Positions 25,549-37,721 of a DNA stretch of 64,000 bases are shown piece after piece (within the stretch, counting starts at the first letter, position 1; every line of letters starts with the position of its first letter). The notes beneath the pieces were generated by a model. That model worked only from the letters and a program-made list of their open reading frames with translations, ran no database searches and was not told where the DNA came from. The stretch lies in contig OX597818.1 of assembly GCA_951406725.2 (NCBI GenBank), forward strand, positions 146,816,001 through 146,880,000. Reading direction: 5' to 3'. The position numbers and the translations under genes were made by a program. Source of the stretch: Octopus vulgaris. Lineage: Eukaryota.

Positions 25549-27749
25549 CAGAAGTCAGCTTTGAGCAAATCTATGATCAAAGATGTTCTAGTTGTGAGCG
25601 TTCCATCCTATTTTTTTTCGTTAACATTGCTTTTCTGGACTACATCTGGCAGAGTGTGTGCCATACATTTTGAAACGGTATGGTACGAGACGAGAAAAAT
25701 TTAGCTACTATTTCTAACAGGTCCAACGACCACGTAAAAGCTTTCTCGTTTACTCGATGGTAACAGGTTTGTTTAGCCCCTTGAGGGTAGTAAAGATATA
25801 GGTTTATATCAACAGAAGTGGTGGGGAGTGCATTTTGATCTCAAACGTGTAAAGCATGTACTTTGTGTTTACTCCTTCGGCAATCAATATAGAATCGATA
25901 AGGACATTCCATCTGAGAATAAAGATTCCATTTCATCGAGGTTTATCGTTGGTTATTTGTCTCCTTGAGCTTTAATACACTTTTGTAGCTCATGTATTTC
26001 AAATATGTTGCATGAGATTCAGCAACATACCACATCATTGTTTAATTGAATGCTTTACTCTTAAGTAAACAGAAGTCAACATCCTTCGTTTATTTAACTT
26101 AAAGATCTTGATTTTCAATAACATCTTTGTTACAAAGATATCACATAGACACAATAATTGCGTGTAGTAATGTAATAACCACTGTAATGATTGTAATGTA
26201 ACGGCGTAATATCATTGTAGTAAAGATGTTATTCTCTGGGCGGGCTTCTCAAATGTGTTTTACTAATATCTTGAGATGTATTGGTCCACCCGAGAAACCT
26301 ATCCCTTACCAGTTCTGAACACAAGCGATTTCTTCCCAAAGATGGAGTGGAGAAGGATTTGCTTCAATCATTGACTGATACTTTATTTATCGCTGCCAAA
26401 AACTATGAAAGGCAAAAGTTGACTACAACAGCATTTGAACTTAGAATGCAGAAAACCAGAATACATATATCGCAAGTCTACTTTGCCAACTCGCCGTCTA
26501 TCTGTATGTATGTATACACACATACACAAACACGTATATATACTAGAGCATGACTGCTAGTGATTTAATACCAGTCGGTCGAATGACTCTCCACTGATGC
26601 AATCAAAGATGACCAGGCGTTTCTTCGAGTGAGTCTATTTCAAACTTCCCTGGTATTGAAACCATAGGGATATCCGTTTGGGCAACTGCTGACAAGAATA
26701 CACATATGTTATGCTCTTAGTTTCGTTATTCTGAGATGTCTTTCATTCTTGCAAATTCGAAAGGGCATAGTCAGAGGGGATAACTTACTTTGGTATTGTT
26801 TGATTTTCTCCATAGGTAAGCCTAATTATACTTGAACAGTGCTTAGATATTAGGGCTCCGTTTTGCACATGTAATCCTGGTGCACAACGATTTCTGGTGG
26901 AAAAACTGTTACAACTTAAATGGCGGAAATGCTTACCACTTTTCATACCTATTCCGGTAGGCAAAAAAAGCCATATTATTTTTTTCTCCTGTCCATACGC
27001 ACGCACACTCGTGTATATGAGAATAGATAGCCTAGAGAGAAGAGAAACAAATATTTTTGTCACATATGTGTCATAAGCGAATCTAAAATATTGAATTCTC
27101 AACGACGCAACATTGATAATAATCAGATATAATTTCTTACGTAGATACGAGGCCACAGATGTATATAGCTGGGAAGGGATATTGCCGATTGAATCAACAG
27201 CCTCCCTGAAAGGGAAAGAGAGGGGGAGAGTGAAAGAGAGAGAAAGAGGGAGAAACAGAGGGAGAGACTGACGGACAGACAAATAGACAGATAATAAGAG
27301 ACAGACAGACAGACATATAATGAGAAAGTCGCACCTCGAAACGATTTCCAAAGGGACGAAACTAAATCCTGTAAAACATGGAGTCGGCGCTCTTTCGCTT
27401 TTATTCCGTTATTGCTTTGTTGACAAAAATAATTTCATTCCAGTTGCAATAAATAAAACAAATGTTTAGAAGGCGACAATATTCGCTGTTCAGTTTCTTT
27501 TATTTTATTTTGCATCATCATCAGCCACGCGCATTGCACTTAGCAAATGCATTACGCTAGTTGCAGCAACCTTAATTAAATCTGATAATAACCAAGAGGA
27601 TTTTTGTTGTTGTTGTTGTTGTTGTTCTTTAATCCTATAACATTGATTTCTTCTTACATAGCTCCAAAACACGGATTTGAGAGGAAAAGGGAAAATAAAA
27701 AAAAAGTTATGGTTGATATTCAGGGATTTCCTGAGAACATTAATAATGT

Positions 27750-29316
27750 TGGTTTCAAATGTTAGCACAAGGCCAGAAATCTCGGGGGAGGAGATAAATC
27801 GATTACATCGACCCCAGTGCTCAACAGGTATTTATTTTATCGATCCTGAAAGGATGAAAGGTTATGTCGACCTCGGCGGAATTTGTATTCAAAGTGTAAA
27901 GCCGAACGAAATGCCTATTTCTTTACTACCCACAAGGGGCTACTCACAGAAGGGACAAACAAGGACAGACAAACGGATTATGTCGATTATATCGACCCCA
28001 GTGCGTAACTGGTACTTATTTAATCGACCCCGAAAGGATGAAAGGCAAAGTCAACCTCGGCGGAATTTGAACTCAGAACGTAACAGCAGACGAAATACGG
28101 TTACGCATTTCGCCCGGCGTGCTAACGTTTCTGCCAGCTCGCCGCCAACCGAACGAAATGCCGCCAATCATTTTACCCGGCGTGCTAACGATTCTTATTT
28201 CTTTATTGCCCACAAAGGGCTAAACATAGAGGCGATAAACAAGGAGAGATAAACGGATTAAGTCGATTACATCGACCCCAGTGCGTAACTGATACTTAAT
28301 TTATCGACCCCGAAAGGATGAAAGGCAAAGTCGACCTCGGCGGAATTTGAACTCAGAACGTTGCGGCATACGAAATACTGCTAAGCATTTCGCCCGGTGT
28401 ACTAACGATTCTGCCAGCTCACCGCCTTAGCCAGCTCGCTTCCTTTTAATAATCCTTTCCACTAAAGGAACAAGGCTTAAAATTTGGTCGAGGAGAGTGC
28501 TAGTCGACTACATCGGCCCCAGTATTTCACTGGTACTTAATTAATCGACCCCGAAAGGATGAAAGGCAAAGTCGACCTCGGCGGAATTTGAACTCAGATC
28601 GTAGCGGCAGATAAAATACCCCTAAGCATTTCGCCCTGTGTGCTAACGATTCTGCCAGCTCGCCACCTTCAACGGACATTAAATAATGTTAAGATAATAA
28701 TTGAAAAGTTGTAACCAGAAATTGAACCTGAATTGCCAACTCGATAAGTTAGGAGCTTATCGCATAATTTACAGAATTTATGTCACATTTAATGCTCTCC
28801 ACCATCTTGATCACGTTACTGATAAATAATCTTCTTTAATAATACAAAAGAATAGAGACCGAAGAAAGAGGGGAATGTGATTCTTATTTGTAATTTAAAT
28901 ATAATAAAAGATTTTCTATGGTGCAATAAAATAGTTTTTTTCTTTTTTTCTTAATGGCAATCATAAATATCGGTTTCAAATTTTAGCACAAGGCCAACAA
29001 TTTCGGGATAGGGACTAAGTTGATTAAATCGACCCCAGTGTTATCAATCCCGAAAGGATTAAAGGCAAAGTTGACCCTGGAGGTATTTGAACCCAGATCG
29101 TAAAGACGGACGAAATGCCGCTAAGCATTTTGCCCGGCGGACTAATGATACGCCCACCTCGCCGCCCTAATAGCAATTATAAATATCTTTTCTACTCTAG
29201 ACACAAGGCTCGAAATCTTGGGGGAGGGGGCCAGTCGATTAGATCAACCCCAGTGCGCAACTGGTACTTAATTTATCGACCCCGAAAGGATGAAAGGCAA
29301 AGTCGACCTCGGCGGA
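27750..29316 (-). mobile_element. Cluster of at least six same-orientation SINE family A copies, including nested insertions
   Basis: Copies at about 27750-27915 (continued 28149-28194 and 28429-28440), 27916-28146, 28195-28428, 28447-28668, 28970-29187, 29205-29316; TSD ccgaacgaaatgcc at 27902-27915 and 28149-28162. Confidence 0.9.
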
Positions 29317-29419
29317 AGCAATTATAAATATCACCAAAGATTTGCTCGTTTTTCTCTTCTTTCTTCCTGATTTAAAAGGAATTTCTTTTTTTATTTCTGA
29401 ATTTATTTTTCATTTATGT

Positions 29420-29771
29420 TAATTGTTTCAGTCATTGGACTGTGGTTAGGCAGGAACATCCAGCTTGGAGGGTTTCGTCATACAAATTAATCCTGGAACT
29501 TTATATTACTTATCATATCGATCTGTATTGCCGAACCGCTAGTTTACGGGAGCAAAAACAAACCGGCACACACACACAAATATAAATATATATGTACGTA
29601 TATATATATATATATATATATATAGCGGTTCGGCAAAAAAAAGAGACCGATAGAATAAGTACTGGGCTTACAAAGAATAAGTCCCGGGGTCGATTTGCCC
29701 GACTAAAGGCGGTGCTCCAGCATGGCCGCAGTCAAATTGACTGAAACAAGTAAGAGTAAAAGAGTAAAGAG

Positions 29772-29835
<64 letters not shown>

Positions 29836-29950
29836 ATGTGTGTGTATATATGTGTGCATGTATATATATATGTATGTATATGTACATGTGTATATTTATG
29901 TATTTATGGACATAGGTATATATATGTTTGTTTAAGGATTGTGTATACTA

Positions 29951-29999
<49 letters not shown>

Positions 30000-30008
30000 A
30001 TATATATG

Positions 30009-30051
<43 letters not shown>

Positions 30052-30603
30052 GGTTATTCAAAAGAATGAACCGATTTCATTACGCAATATTTTAATAAGG
30101 AAAAGCGATAGAAAACTCCAGCTAAGTCACAAGTATTTACTCCCAATCGACTTTTATTTCCTGTCTTACAAGTGTCCAATGTGGCCACCACCTGCAGCAC
30201 CGACAACATCAATGCGATAAGAGAATTCCTCCCAGACGCATATCTGCTTGACCTGCGAGATCCCCAGACCTCACCGCGTGTGATTTCTTTTTTCTTGTGG
30301 GGATATGTAAAAGATCGCGTTTATGTTCCGCCGCTACCCACTGACCTCGATGACCTTAAACATCGAATAACAACAGCGATCAACTCAGTGGATCGGGATA
30401 TGTTGATATGTGTCTGGGAGGAATTCTCTTATCGCATTGATGTTGCTCGTGCTGCAGGTGGTGGCCACATTGAACACTTGTAAGACAGAAAATAAAAGTT
30501 GATTGTGAGTAAATACTTGTGACTTAGCTGGAGTTTTCTATCGCTTTTCCTTATTAAAATATTGCGTAATGAAATCGGTTCATTCTTTTTGAATAACCCT
30601 GTA

Positions 30604-30639
<36 letters not shown>

Positions 30640-30765
30640 CTACGGTCGCCCTTTAGTTTCTGTCGACCAAATCCACTCACAGGACATCGGTCGGCTTGAG
30701 GCTCTAGAAGAAGACATTTGCCCAATGTGCTGCGCAGTGAGACTGAACTCAAGACCCCAAAGCAA
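29420..30765 (-). mobile_element. SINE family B copy split at its internal microsatellite by nested insertions (plus-strand SINE B 3' part 29623-29772 and a Tc1/mariner MITE)
   Basis: 3' half at 29420-29570 and 5' half at 30640-30765 both match family B on the minus strand. Confidence 0.6.
30049..30601 (+). mobile_element. Internally deleted Tc1/mariner element with ~190-bp TIRs (rosa/DD41D-like, long-TIR type)
   Basis: TA|CAGGGTTATTCAAAA...TTTTGAATAACCCTG|TA; TIRs 30049-30237 and 30412-30601; internal SPDLTACDF / FLWGYVKDRVYVPPLP...GGGHIEHL transposase C-terminus. Confidence 0.9.
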
Positions 30766-30987
30766 ACTTCTAAACCTCATATCCACACCTGCAAACTTCT
30801 ATTGCATATTTTACATTCTGTTGCATTTACCCTAATACTTTTCTTTCTCCTCCTCAACACTATATTCTTGAATACTTCAGTTGGAGCGGAAGGGATTTTA
30901 GATGCGCTAAAATTCTAACGTGTTTAAGAAAGATGCACTTTTAGTTTTCATAGGAAATTTCGATATGGAAGTTCCAACACTCCGCTA

Positions 30988-31039
<52 letters not shown>

Positions 31040-31405
31040 AATAAATGCAATAAGAGAGATAATACTTGTATATAATACGTGAAGTACAGACAAACAGACA
31101 AAGAAAGAAAAAACACCCACAATTTTCTTACATAATTATATCATTTATCGCTATTTTTCTAGCTACTACGAAGAGATAGTTATGGTGTGCGTCTACACTA
31201 TGCGGTATTCACCTAATCTCAACAATATTGCAATAGCTGTCTCATAATGGAAGGTTAGGAGAAAATGTATTTATATATTATCTATTTTGTACGTTTGCAT
31301 ATAAGTGTGTGTGTACGTATGTAATAAATATGTATACAAACTATAATACGCGCGCGTGTGTGTGTATACAAAATATTTAATACGTTTTTTTTATGTATAT
31401 CATAT

Positions 31406-31448
<43 letters not shown>

Positions 31449-31449
<1 letters not shown>

Positions 31450-31797
31450 GGCGCAGGCGTGGCTGTGTGGTAAGTAGCATGCTTACCAACCACATGGTTC
31501 CATGTCCAGTCCCACTGCCTGGCACCTTGGGCCGACCAAAGCCCTGTGAGTGAATTTGGTAGGCGGAAACTGAAAGAAGCCCGTCGTATATATGTGTGTG
31601 TGTGTGTGTTTATTCCCCCATCATCGCTTGACAACGGGTGTTGGTGTGATTACGTCCCCGTAACTTAGCAGTTCGGCAAAAGGGAATGATAGAATAAGTA
31701 CCAAGCTTACAAAGAATAGGTCCTGGCTCAAGTTGTTCGACTAAAGGCGATGCTCCAGCATGGCCGCATTAAAACAAGTAAAAAAAAAATAAGAGAA
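31449..31797 (+). mobile_element. tRNA-derived SINE family B (CORE-like centre, internal (TG)n, CR1-like tail)
   Basis: ggcgcaggcgtggctgtgtggtaag...ccagtcccactg...ggcaccttggg...gaaactgaaagaagcccgtcg...aaggcgatgctccagcatggccgca. Confidence 0.85.
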
Positions 31798-31860
31798 TAT
31801 ATATACGTTTATCAATTTGTGTTGCAAGATTCCTGATATGAAATCGTGTATTGAAACAGA

Positions 31861-32117
31861 TATTGTTTCGAGACAGTCATTTTTTTTGTTTTTCAAATAA
31901 AAACACGCACTGTATATTTTTCCTTCACTCGTTTATTACTGTTCTTATTTTATTATTTCAACTCATGCCCACTGTCCGGAAATCTTTCGTCACACATCTT
32001 TGACTTCTTCAGCGACACAGTGTTAAAAGAATCAAATAAGAACAGTAATAAACGAGTGAAAAAAAAGATATAGTGTGTGTATTTGGAAAAAAAATGACCG
32101 TCCCGAAATACAAAATA
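31861..32117. mobile_element. Short element with ~90-bp inverted arms enclosing a minus-strand hammerhead motif (31970-32022)
   Basis: cactcgtttattactgttcttattt / aaataagaacagtaataaacgagtg; core on reverse complement cactgtgtcg-CTGAAGA-agtca..tgac-GAAAGATTTC-cggacagtg. Confidence 0.65.
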
Positions 32118-32132
32118 GATAGATAGATAGAT

Positions 32133-32241
<109 letters not shown>

Positions 32242-32366
32242 TACAGACAGATAGAGAGATTGAGAGATAGAGAGATATACACATATATACATATATATAT
32301 ATACATATATATACACGCAACACATACATAAACACGTTACAGAATACTCATATATACATATATATG

Positions 32367-32413
<47 letters not shown>

Positions 32414-32502
32414 ATCACGTGACCGACCAGACCATCAGATGTTGCTACACATCGCTGGTCACAATGCGTTCGCATTGTTTTAGCCTTCGAATGACGCCAA
32501 TA

Positions 32503-32559
<57 letters not shown>

Positions 32560-32567
32560 TATATATG

Positions 32568-33118
32568 GTTGAAAATATCGTCATAGGTATAAATATATAC
32601 CATAAACACTTATAGAAAAAAATATTATTATTACTGTTTTTTTTTCCCTTTTACAACTTGCTTGTAAATATCTGGTTTTTCCCAATTACCGTTTTTTTAT
32701 TCTCCCTTATTGTATCTTATTTTAATTTACTTTATTTTGTTAAACCTTTTTTGGTGTCTTTCCAAAAATTCTTCACACTGATGAGAATGCCAATTCATAA
32801 ATTTAATTATAATTATTATGATTATAATTTTTTTCATGCATATTTGTATTGTCCTTTGAAACGCGCGTATGCATTGAATCCTATTTTGTATTAAATCTAA
32901 TTTTGACGCAACATCTTTTTCTCCTCCATTTTTCTATAATTGTTTATGGTATATTTATACCTATAACGATATTTTTCAACTACTATTTTCATATTCTTAC
33001 TACTTGCTCTGGCTGTTTTTTATGAATATGATGAATCTTTATTAGAAATCATTATTTCTCTCTTTTTGAACCTCTCAAAAAGTTTAAATTGTTCTCTTTT
33101 GAACTTATTTTTCCCACA
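32568..33118 (+). mobile_element. pLTR-like element with inverted 5' arm and hammerhead motif (32774-32873)
   Basis: Arms 32568-32620 and 32929-32980 are reverse complements; caca-CTGATGA (32778-32784)...attgtcctttGAAACGCGCGTA (32858-32869); flanked by (TA)n. Confidence 0.65.
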
Positions 33119-33140
33119 TATGTATATATATATATATATA

Positions 33141-33297
33141 TAAATTTGAAAAGCTAAACGCGAAACCGGTCTTTCTTCTAAATTATGTCATTGTAAGAAA
33201 AAAATTTCTAATATTCTTCACACATATTGACTCAAAAATATATATTTTTTAACCTTTAAGCCTTCTGTAGTTTTTTCACTTTTTACTATTTTCTAAA
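33141..33297 (+). mobile_element. Solo Penelope pLTR, same family as 3275-3430
   Basis: Near-identical aaatttgaaaagct..acgcgaaaccggtctttc...aagccttctgtagttttttcact; between (TA)n tracts. Confidence 0.8.
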
Positions 33298-33383
33298 TAT
33301 ATATATATATATATACATACATACATACATACATACATACATACATACATACATACATACATACATACATACATCATACATAC

Positions 33384-33453
<70 letters not shown>

Positions 33454-33956
33454 AAATAGAAAGATGAATTTTCTTGTTACAGATTATTCAAAAGTTTAAC
33501 CGATACTTGGGTAGCAAAAATCACAGCAGAAAATACACGTGTAGAAACATGTGTAGAATGTAATAAAAGGAATACAATCTTCGTTCAACTCCATTTCTTC
33601 CATTCAATAATAATAATATATATATATATTCGCCCTATCACATACACACAGACGCACACACTAACATATACATATATTTTTTGTTTTTATCTCGCCTCAC
33701 ACACACATACACACACGACACGCACACACTCACACATACACACACATCTGTTGCGTTACCAATATATACTTTGCTCTTGTTATACTTCGCCTTTATATAA
33801 ACACCAGTCGTTTTTTTCTCCTCTTGTTATGGGATCTTTCTTTCCTCTCTCTTCCTTCTTTATGTTTATATCATATCATCTTTCCTGAGCGCCTATTAAT
33901 AATAATACTGTAATTGTTCCACGTGTTGTTGTTTTTTCTGTTTTCCCGTTTGGATT

Positions 33957-34014
<58 letters not shown>

Positions 34015-34056
34015 TATAAAATATAACGCATGAAAGATATGCAGTGGTTTATATAT

Positions 34057-34265
34057 AGAGGATCCTGGAAGGTCTAGCACCCAACTTTGGAATTGAAAAC
34101 TATATCAAGTGAAAAGTGAGACGGCACTGCACACCACCAAAGATCCTGTCTTCTCAATCTAGAATAAGGACCTAATACTGTAACGGTACAGAAAGGAAAC
34201 CCAAACAAACTGAAGGGCGGTATTCCAGCATCACCTCAGCCTCTCGCTGACACTAGTAAAAGATA
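34057..34265 (+). mobile_element. CR1-clade LINE 3' terminal fragment
   Basis: ILEGLAPNFGIENY..RHCTPPKI..SRIRT.YCN resembles the CR1 ORF2 C-terminus; 3' tail gggcggtattccagcatc...ctgacactagtaaaag. Confidence 0.6.
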
Positions 34266-34279
34266 TATATATATAAACT

Positions 34280-36110
34280 TCGGTAACTAAGGTTTGAGCC
34301 ATCACTGACTCATGGCATGTCTAAATTCATGCCACCAACTGGACATCATCGTCCATTCGAGTAGGAAGTTGTTGTTTTCCGAAATATGTCCGGGTGTTGA
34401 TGATTTATTTGATATTTCTTGGAGAAATCTGTCTACATACCATTTGAATGTTATGTTTTTTTTTTTCTTTTGTGATTTCTTTTTGGATAATGTTTTATAA
34501 GGCGGCACCATTTGACATAAGTATTGCAATGCGATGTGAGCTCAATTTTTGTATGGAGTGTATGTCACAGGAACCAAGCCGTTAAGCGATATTTGGATTT
34601 GATTCTGGCATTGTTTGGACGATGTTATCTTTTCCAGCTCGAAGAAACGATGTAGCGCTCGCGGCAGTGTTGAAGAGAATATAGAGTTTGAGCTTTTTAA
34701 GGCAAACCAAATAATCAAGGTCGGTCTCGTCATTTACTTATTTAATTAATTATTTATATGTGTGATCGATCTCTAGGATGCTTCTATTTACATAATGAAT
34801 CGTTTTGTGTAGGTAGACCACAATGGGAAGCAGTATTCAGTGTAAGATGTAACAAACGTAAAGAAGAGAAGAATGGCCGTTTCAGGATCTCTGGACCGAA
34901 AAGTTCTAAGGATTCACGAACACAGTCTGCGGCTCATATCGATTTTGTTATTGTTGAGTAGATAAACTAGAAAATTTCCTCATTCAAGGTTTTGTTTTGT
35001 TTTGCTTTCAACCATCAAATCTCTCCGTATAAACCAGATTGAAGTTCTCTTCGGCTGTATACTCCCTTGATGGCTCTCTGGGGCTTAATCATCTGCAAAA
35101 AGCAAAGATTTTTATTTTACTGCTTGACAACATTTGCAATGTTACTTTTGTAAATAATAAGCACAAGTGGACTCAGTACTACACCCTGGTGGACACCACT
35201 AATGACGTTTGCTGATCATGAATAAATTGCATCGATCACAACACAATGGATTCTAGTTGTTAAGAAACATTTAACCCACTGCAGTAGCTTTCCACCGTTT
35301 CCAATGTCGGATAGTTTCCTCTGCATGATTCTTCGGAACTCTGTCGAAAGATTTGCTGAAGTCAAAGTAAATGAGATCTGTGTCAGAGCCCTGTCCCTGA
35401 GCATTTAAGATACCATCAAAGTACTATACAAGCTATAAAAACGAAATCCCATATTGATTGGAAACATGAGATGACTTTTCTCTAAGTAGGCAGCTGTGTT
35501 GGGTTTCACTATCTTCTTGAATGCTTTAATGATATGAGACGTCAGATTAATTTACTGTGAGCGATTTATTCCTCTTTTTAAAAACTAGAATAATACCGCG
35601 ACAGAAAAGAGTTCAGAAGTAGCATTTAGAGTCCAGCGATTCCTTTCAGAGATTAGTAAAATGAGATGCAAAGCTAAAGCCCGCACTCCAAAACACCAGC
35701 GTGGGTCAATACTTACAACAGAACTGAGATTATTCCTATTAATTGGTAAACTGATGTCTGCAGTGCTGAAAGGTATGTCAGGGAAAATATGCAGACGATT
35801 TACTCCATCGATACCACCTAAGTCAACTGCATCAGGATCACTGAAAACAGAGCAGTATTCAGTAGAATCTTCACCTAATCTATGCTTCGTTCGGAAAGAT
35901 GTCGTGTTCACGTCTTCATCAATCAGTTGACCATAAGACAAAAAAGTGACCCTATACTTCTCCCTTTTTTTCGTATTCTTCTTTTTACGGATGAAAAGAT
36001 TTGAGGATGGTCTGATAATTTTTGTAATGGTCCAGTCACTTTCAGCGGCCCTTTTATTATTAATGAGAAACCTCATACAGCTCTGGCGATGTCACTTTTC
36101 CAACTCCCTT
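34280..36110 (-). mobile_element. Decayed CR1-clade LINE (RT region)
   Basis: Minus-strand remnants GKLLQWVKCFLTTRIHCVVI, VISGVHQGVVLSPLV, FADD and EYC-PLW-like motifs with many stops and frameshifts. Confidence 0.75.
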
Positions 36111-36130
36111 GAGAGAAAAGAGGTTGTTTC

Positions 36131-36364
36131 TTATTTCTTTATTGCCCACAAGGGGCTAAACATAGAGGGGACAAACAAGGACAGACAAAGGGATTAAGTC
36201 GTATACATCGACCAGAGTGCGTAACTGGTACTTAATTTATCTACCCCGAAAGGATGAAAGACAAAGTCGACCTTGGCGGAATTTGAACTCATAACGAAAA
36301 GACAGACGAAATACCGCTAAGCATTTTGCCCGGCGTGCTAACGTTTCTGCCAACTCGCCGCCTT
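36131..36364 (-). mobile_element. Full-length SINE family A, tail type i, with 22-bp TSD
   Basis: TSD tgagagaaaagaggttgtttct (36110-36131) / tgagggaaaagaggttgtttct (36367-36388), one mismatch; head aaggcggcgagttggcagaaacgttagc. Confidence 0.9.
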
Positions 36365-37214
36365 CATGAGGGAAAAGAGGTTGTTTCTGGCAGTATTTTA
36401 GCAGACTTAATCTTTTTTAACTCTTTCTAATTTTTCTTTTTTTCTCTTGGTTGCATGGATCTATTTTTGCTTGTGGGGCGTGATGGCATGTGATTTGTGC
36501 ATACATATGTGGGTAGTTGTGTCCTCAAATGGCTGTTAAAACACTGTTATATCGGAGGATATGTTTTGAACTCTATATCTGCAAATGTGTAAGAGGTTAA
36601 TTGGCGAACTACATCAACTTAGAGGACCAAATGATAGAGAAATGGTTTAAAATTAATGATGTAAAGAATTCTTAGTTGGGAAACATTCATAGTCGTTGTT
36701 GGTATTATATCTATTGTAGTCGTTTAACTCCTGTTGAGCCCTATTTGAGTACATATATAGTGAAAATCATTCCGGCTATGAACCTACCTTCGCCAGACAC
36801 AAATGACAGTGCGTCATTTAATTTTTCTTTCATTTCAAGACAGTGAGAGATATGACTGGTAGAGGCCGTCTCATTGGCTCACGCCGTTGACAGAAAGAAA
36901 CCAATCACAGAATGAGCATAGATATGTATACATAAATTATGTGTATATATCTATTGTTTATACATATGCGGTTTTCAAAGCATAGGCTCTGTGTGTTCTT
37001 TGTGTCAGTGTGTACATATGCTCGTATGTATGAAACCACATGTTTACGTATACACATACATTTGTGTGTGTGTGTGTGTGTTTATAAAAGTACATTCGTG
37101 CGTGCGTGAGCTCATGAGTTTTCTAAGTTATACCAACTGCAAATTCTCGGTGACAACACGACATGGGATTGATTTTGTATCGGGGACAGACGTCTGCATA
37201 AACACACACATGTA

Positions 37215-37721
37215 TTGGGTTGTCCGGAAAATTTGTGCCGATTTATAGTAGCTTAACTTTCGACTTATTTTAGAACATGGTTGAGTCCATAAAATAGGAT
37301 TTGACTCCACCTCCATTTAAAGCACAGTTTAAGCCATCTTTTCGTGGAAGAAGGTTTATGTTCCTATAACCTGCGTTAATTCTGTAACCCTTTAAAATGG
37401 AAAATAAGAAAGTTCATTTTCGGTACCTGATGCTTTGGGAACCAGACAAAAATTGCTGCAGCTCGGCTGGGATGTGTTACCCCCACCCTCCATATTCACA
37501 AGATATTGCTCCTTCAGATTTCCACTTATTCAGGTCTCTGCAGAATAATCTTAATGGTAAAAATTTCAATTCCTTGGATGGCGTAAAAAGATACCTTGAT
37601 GAATTCTTTGCCATGAAACCATCTCAGTTTTCAAGTTAAAGGAAAGATGGAGACGCATTATGCAACAAAATGGCTCATATTTGGTTGATTAAAAATGTAA
37701 CGAACTTTCCGGACAACCCAA
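37215..37721 (+). mobile_element. Mariner (DD34D-type) deletion-derivative MITE
   Basis: TA|TTGGGTTGTCCGGAAA...TTTCCGGACAACCCAA|TA; MENKKVHFRYLML start fused to HPPYSQDIAPSDFHLFRSLQN. Confidence 0.9.

Noticed and set aside
26785-27351. 188-aa minus-strand ORF
   Set aside because: Starts in GA/GACA repeats, has no recognisable domain and no convincing splice context
27750-29316. CRISPR-like or satellite array
   Set aside because: Units are 200+ bp SINE copies with irregular spacing, TSDs and nesting, in eukaryotic DNA
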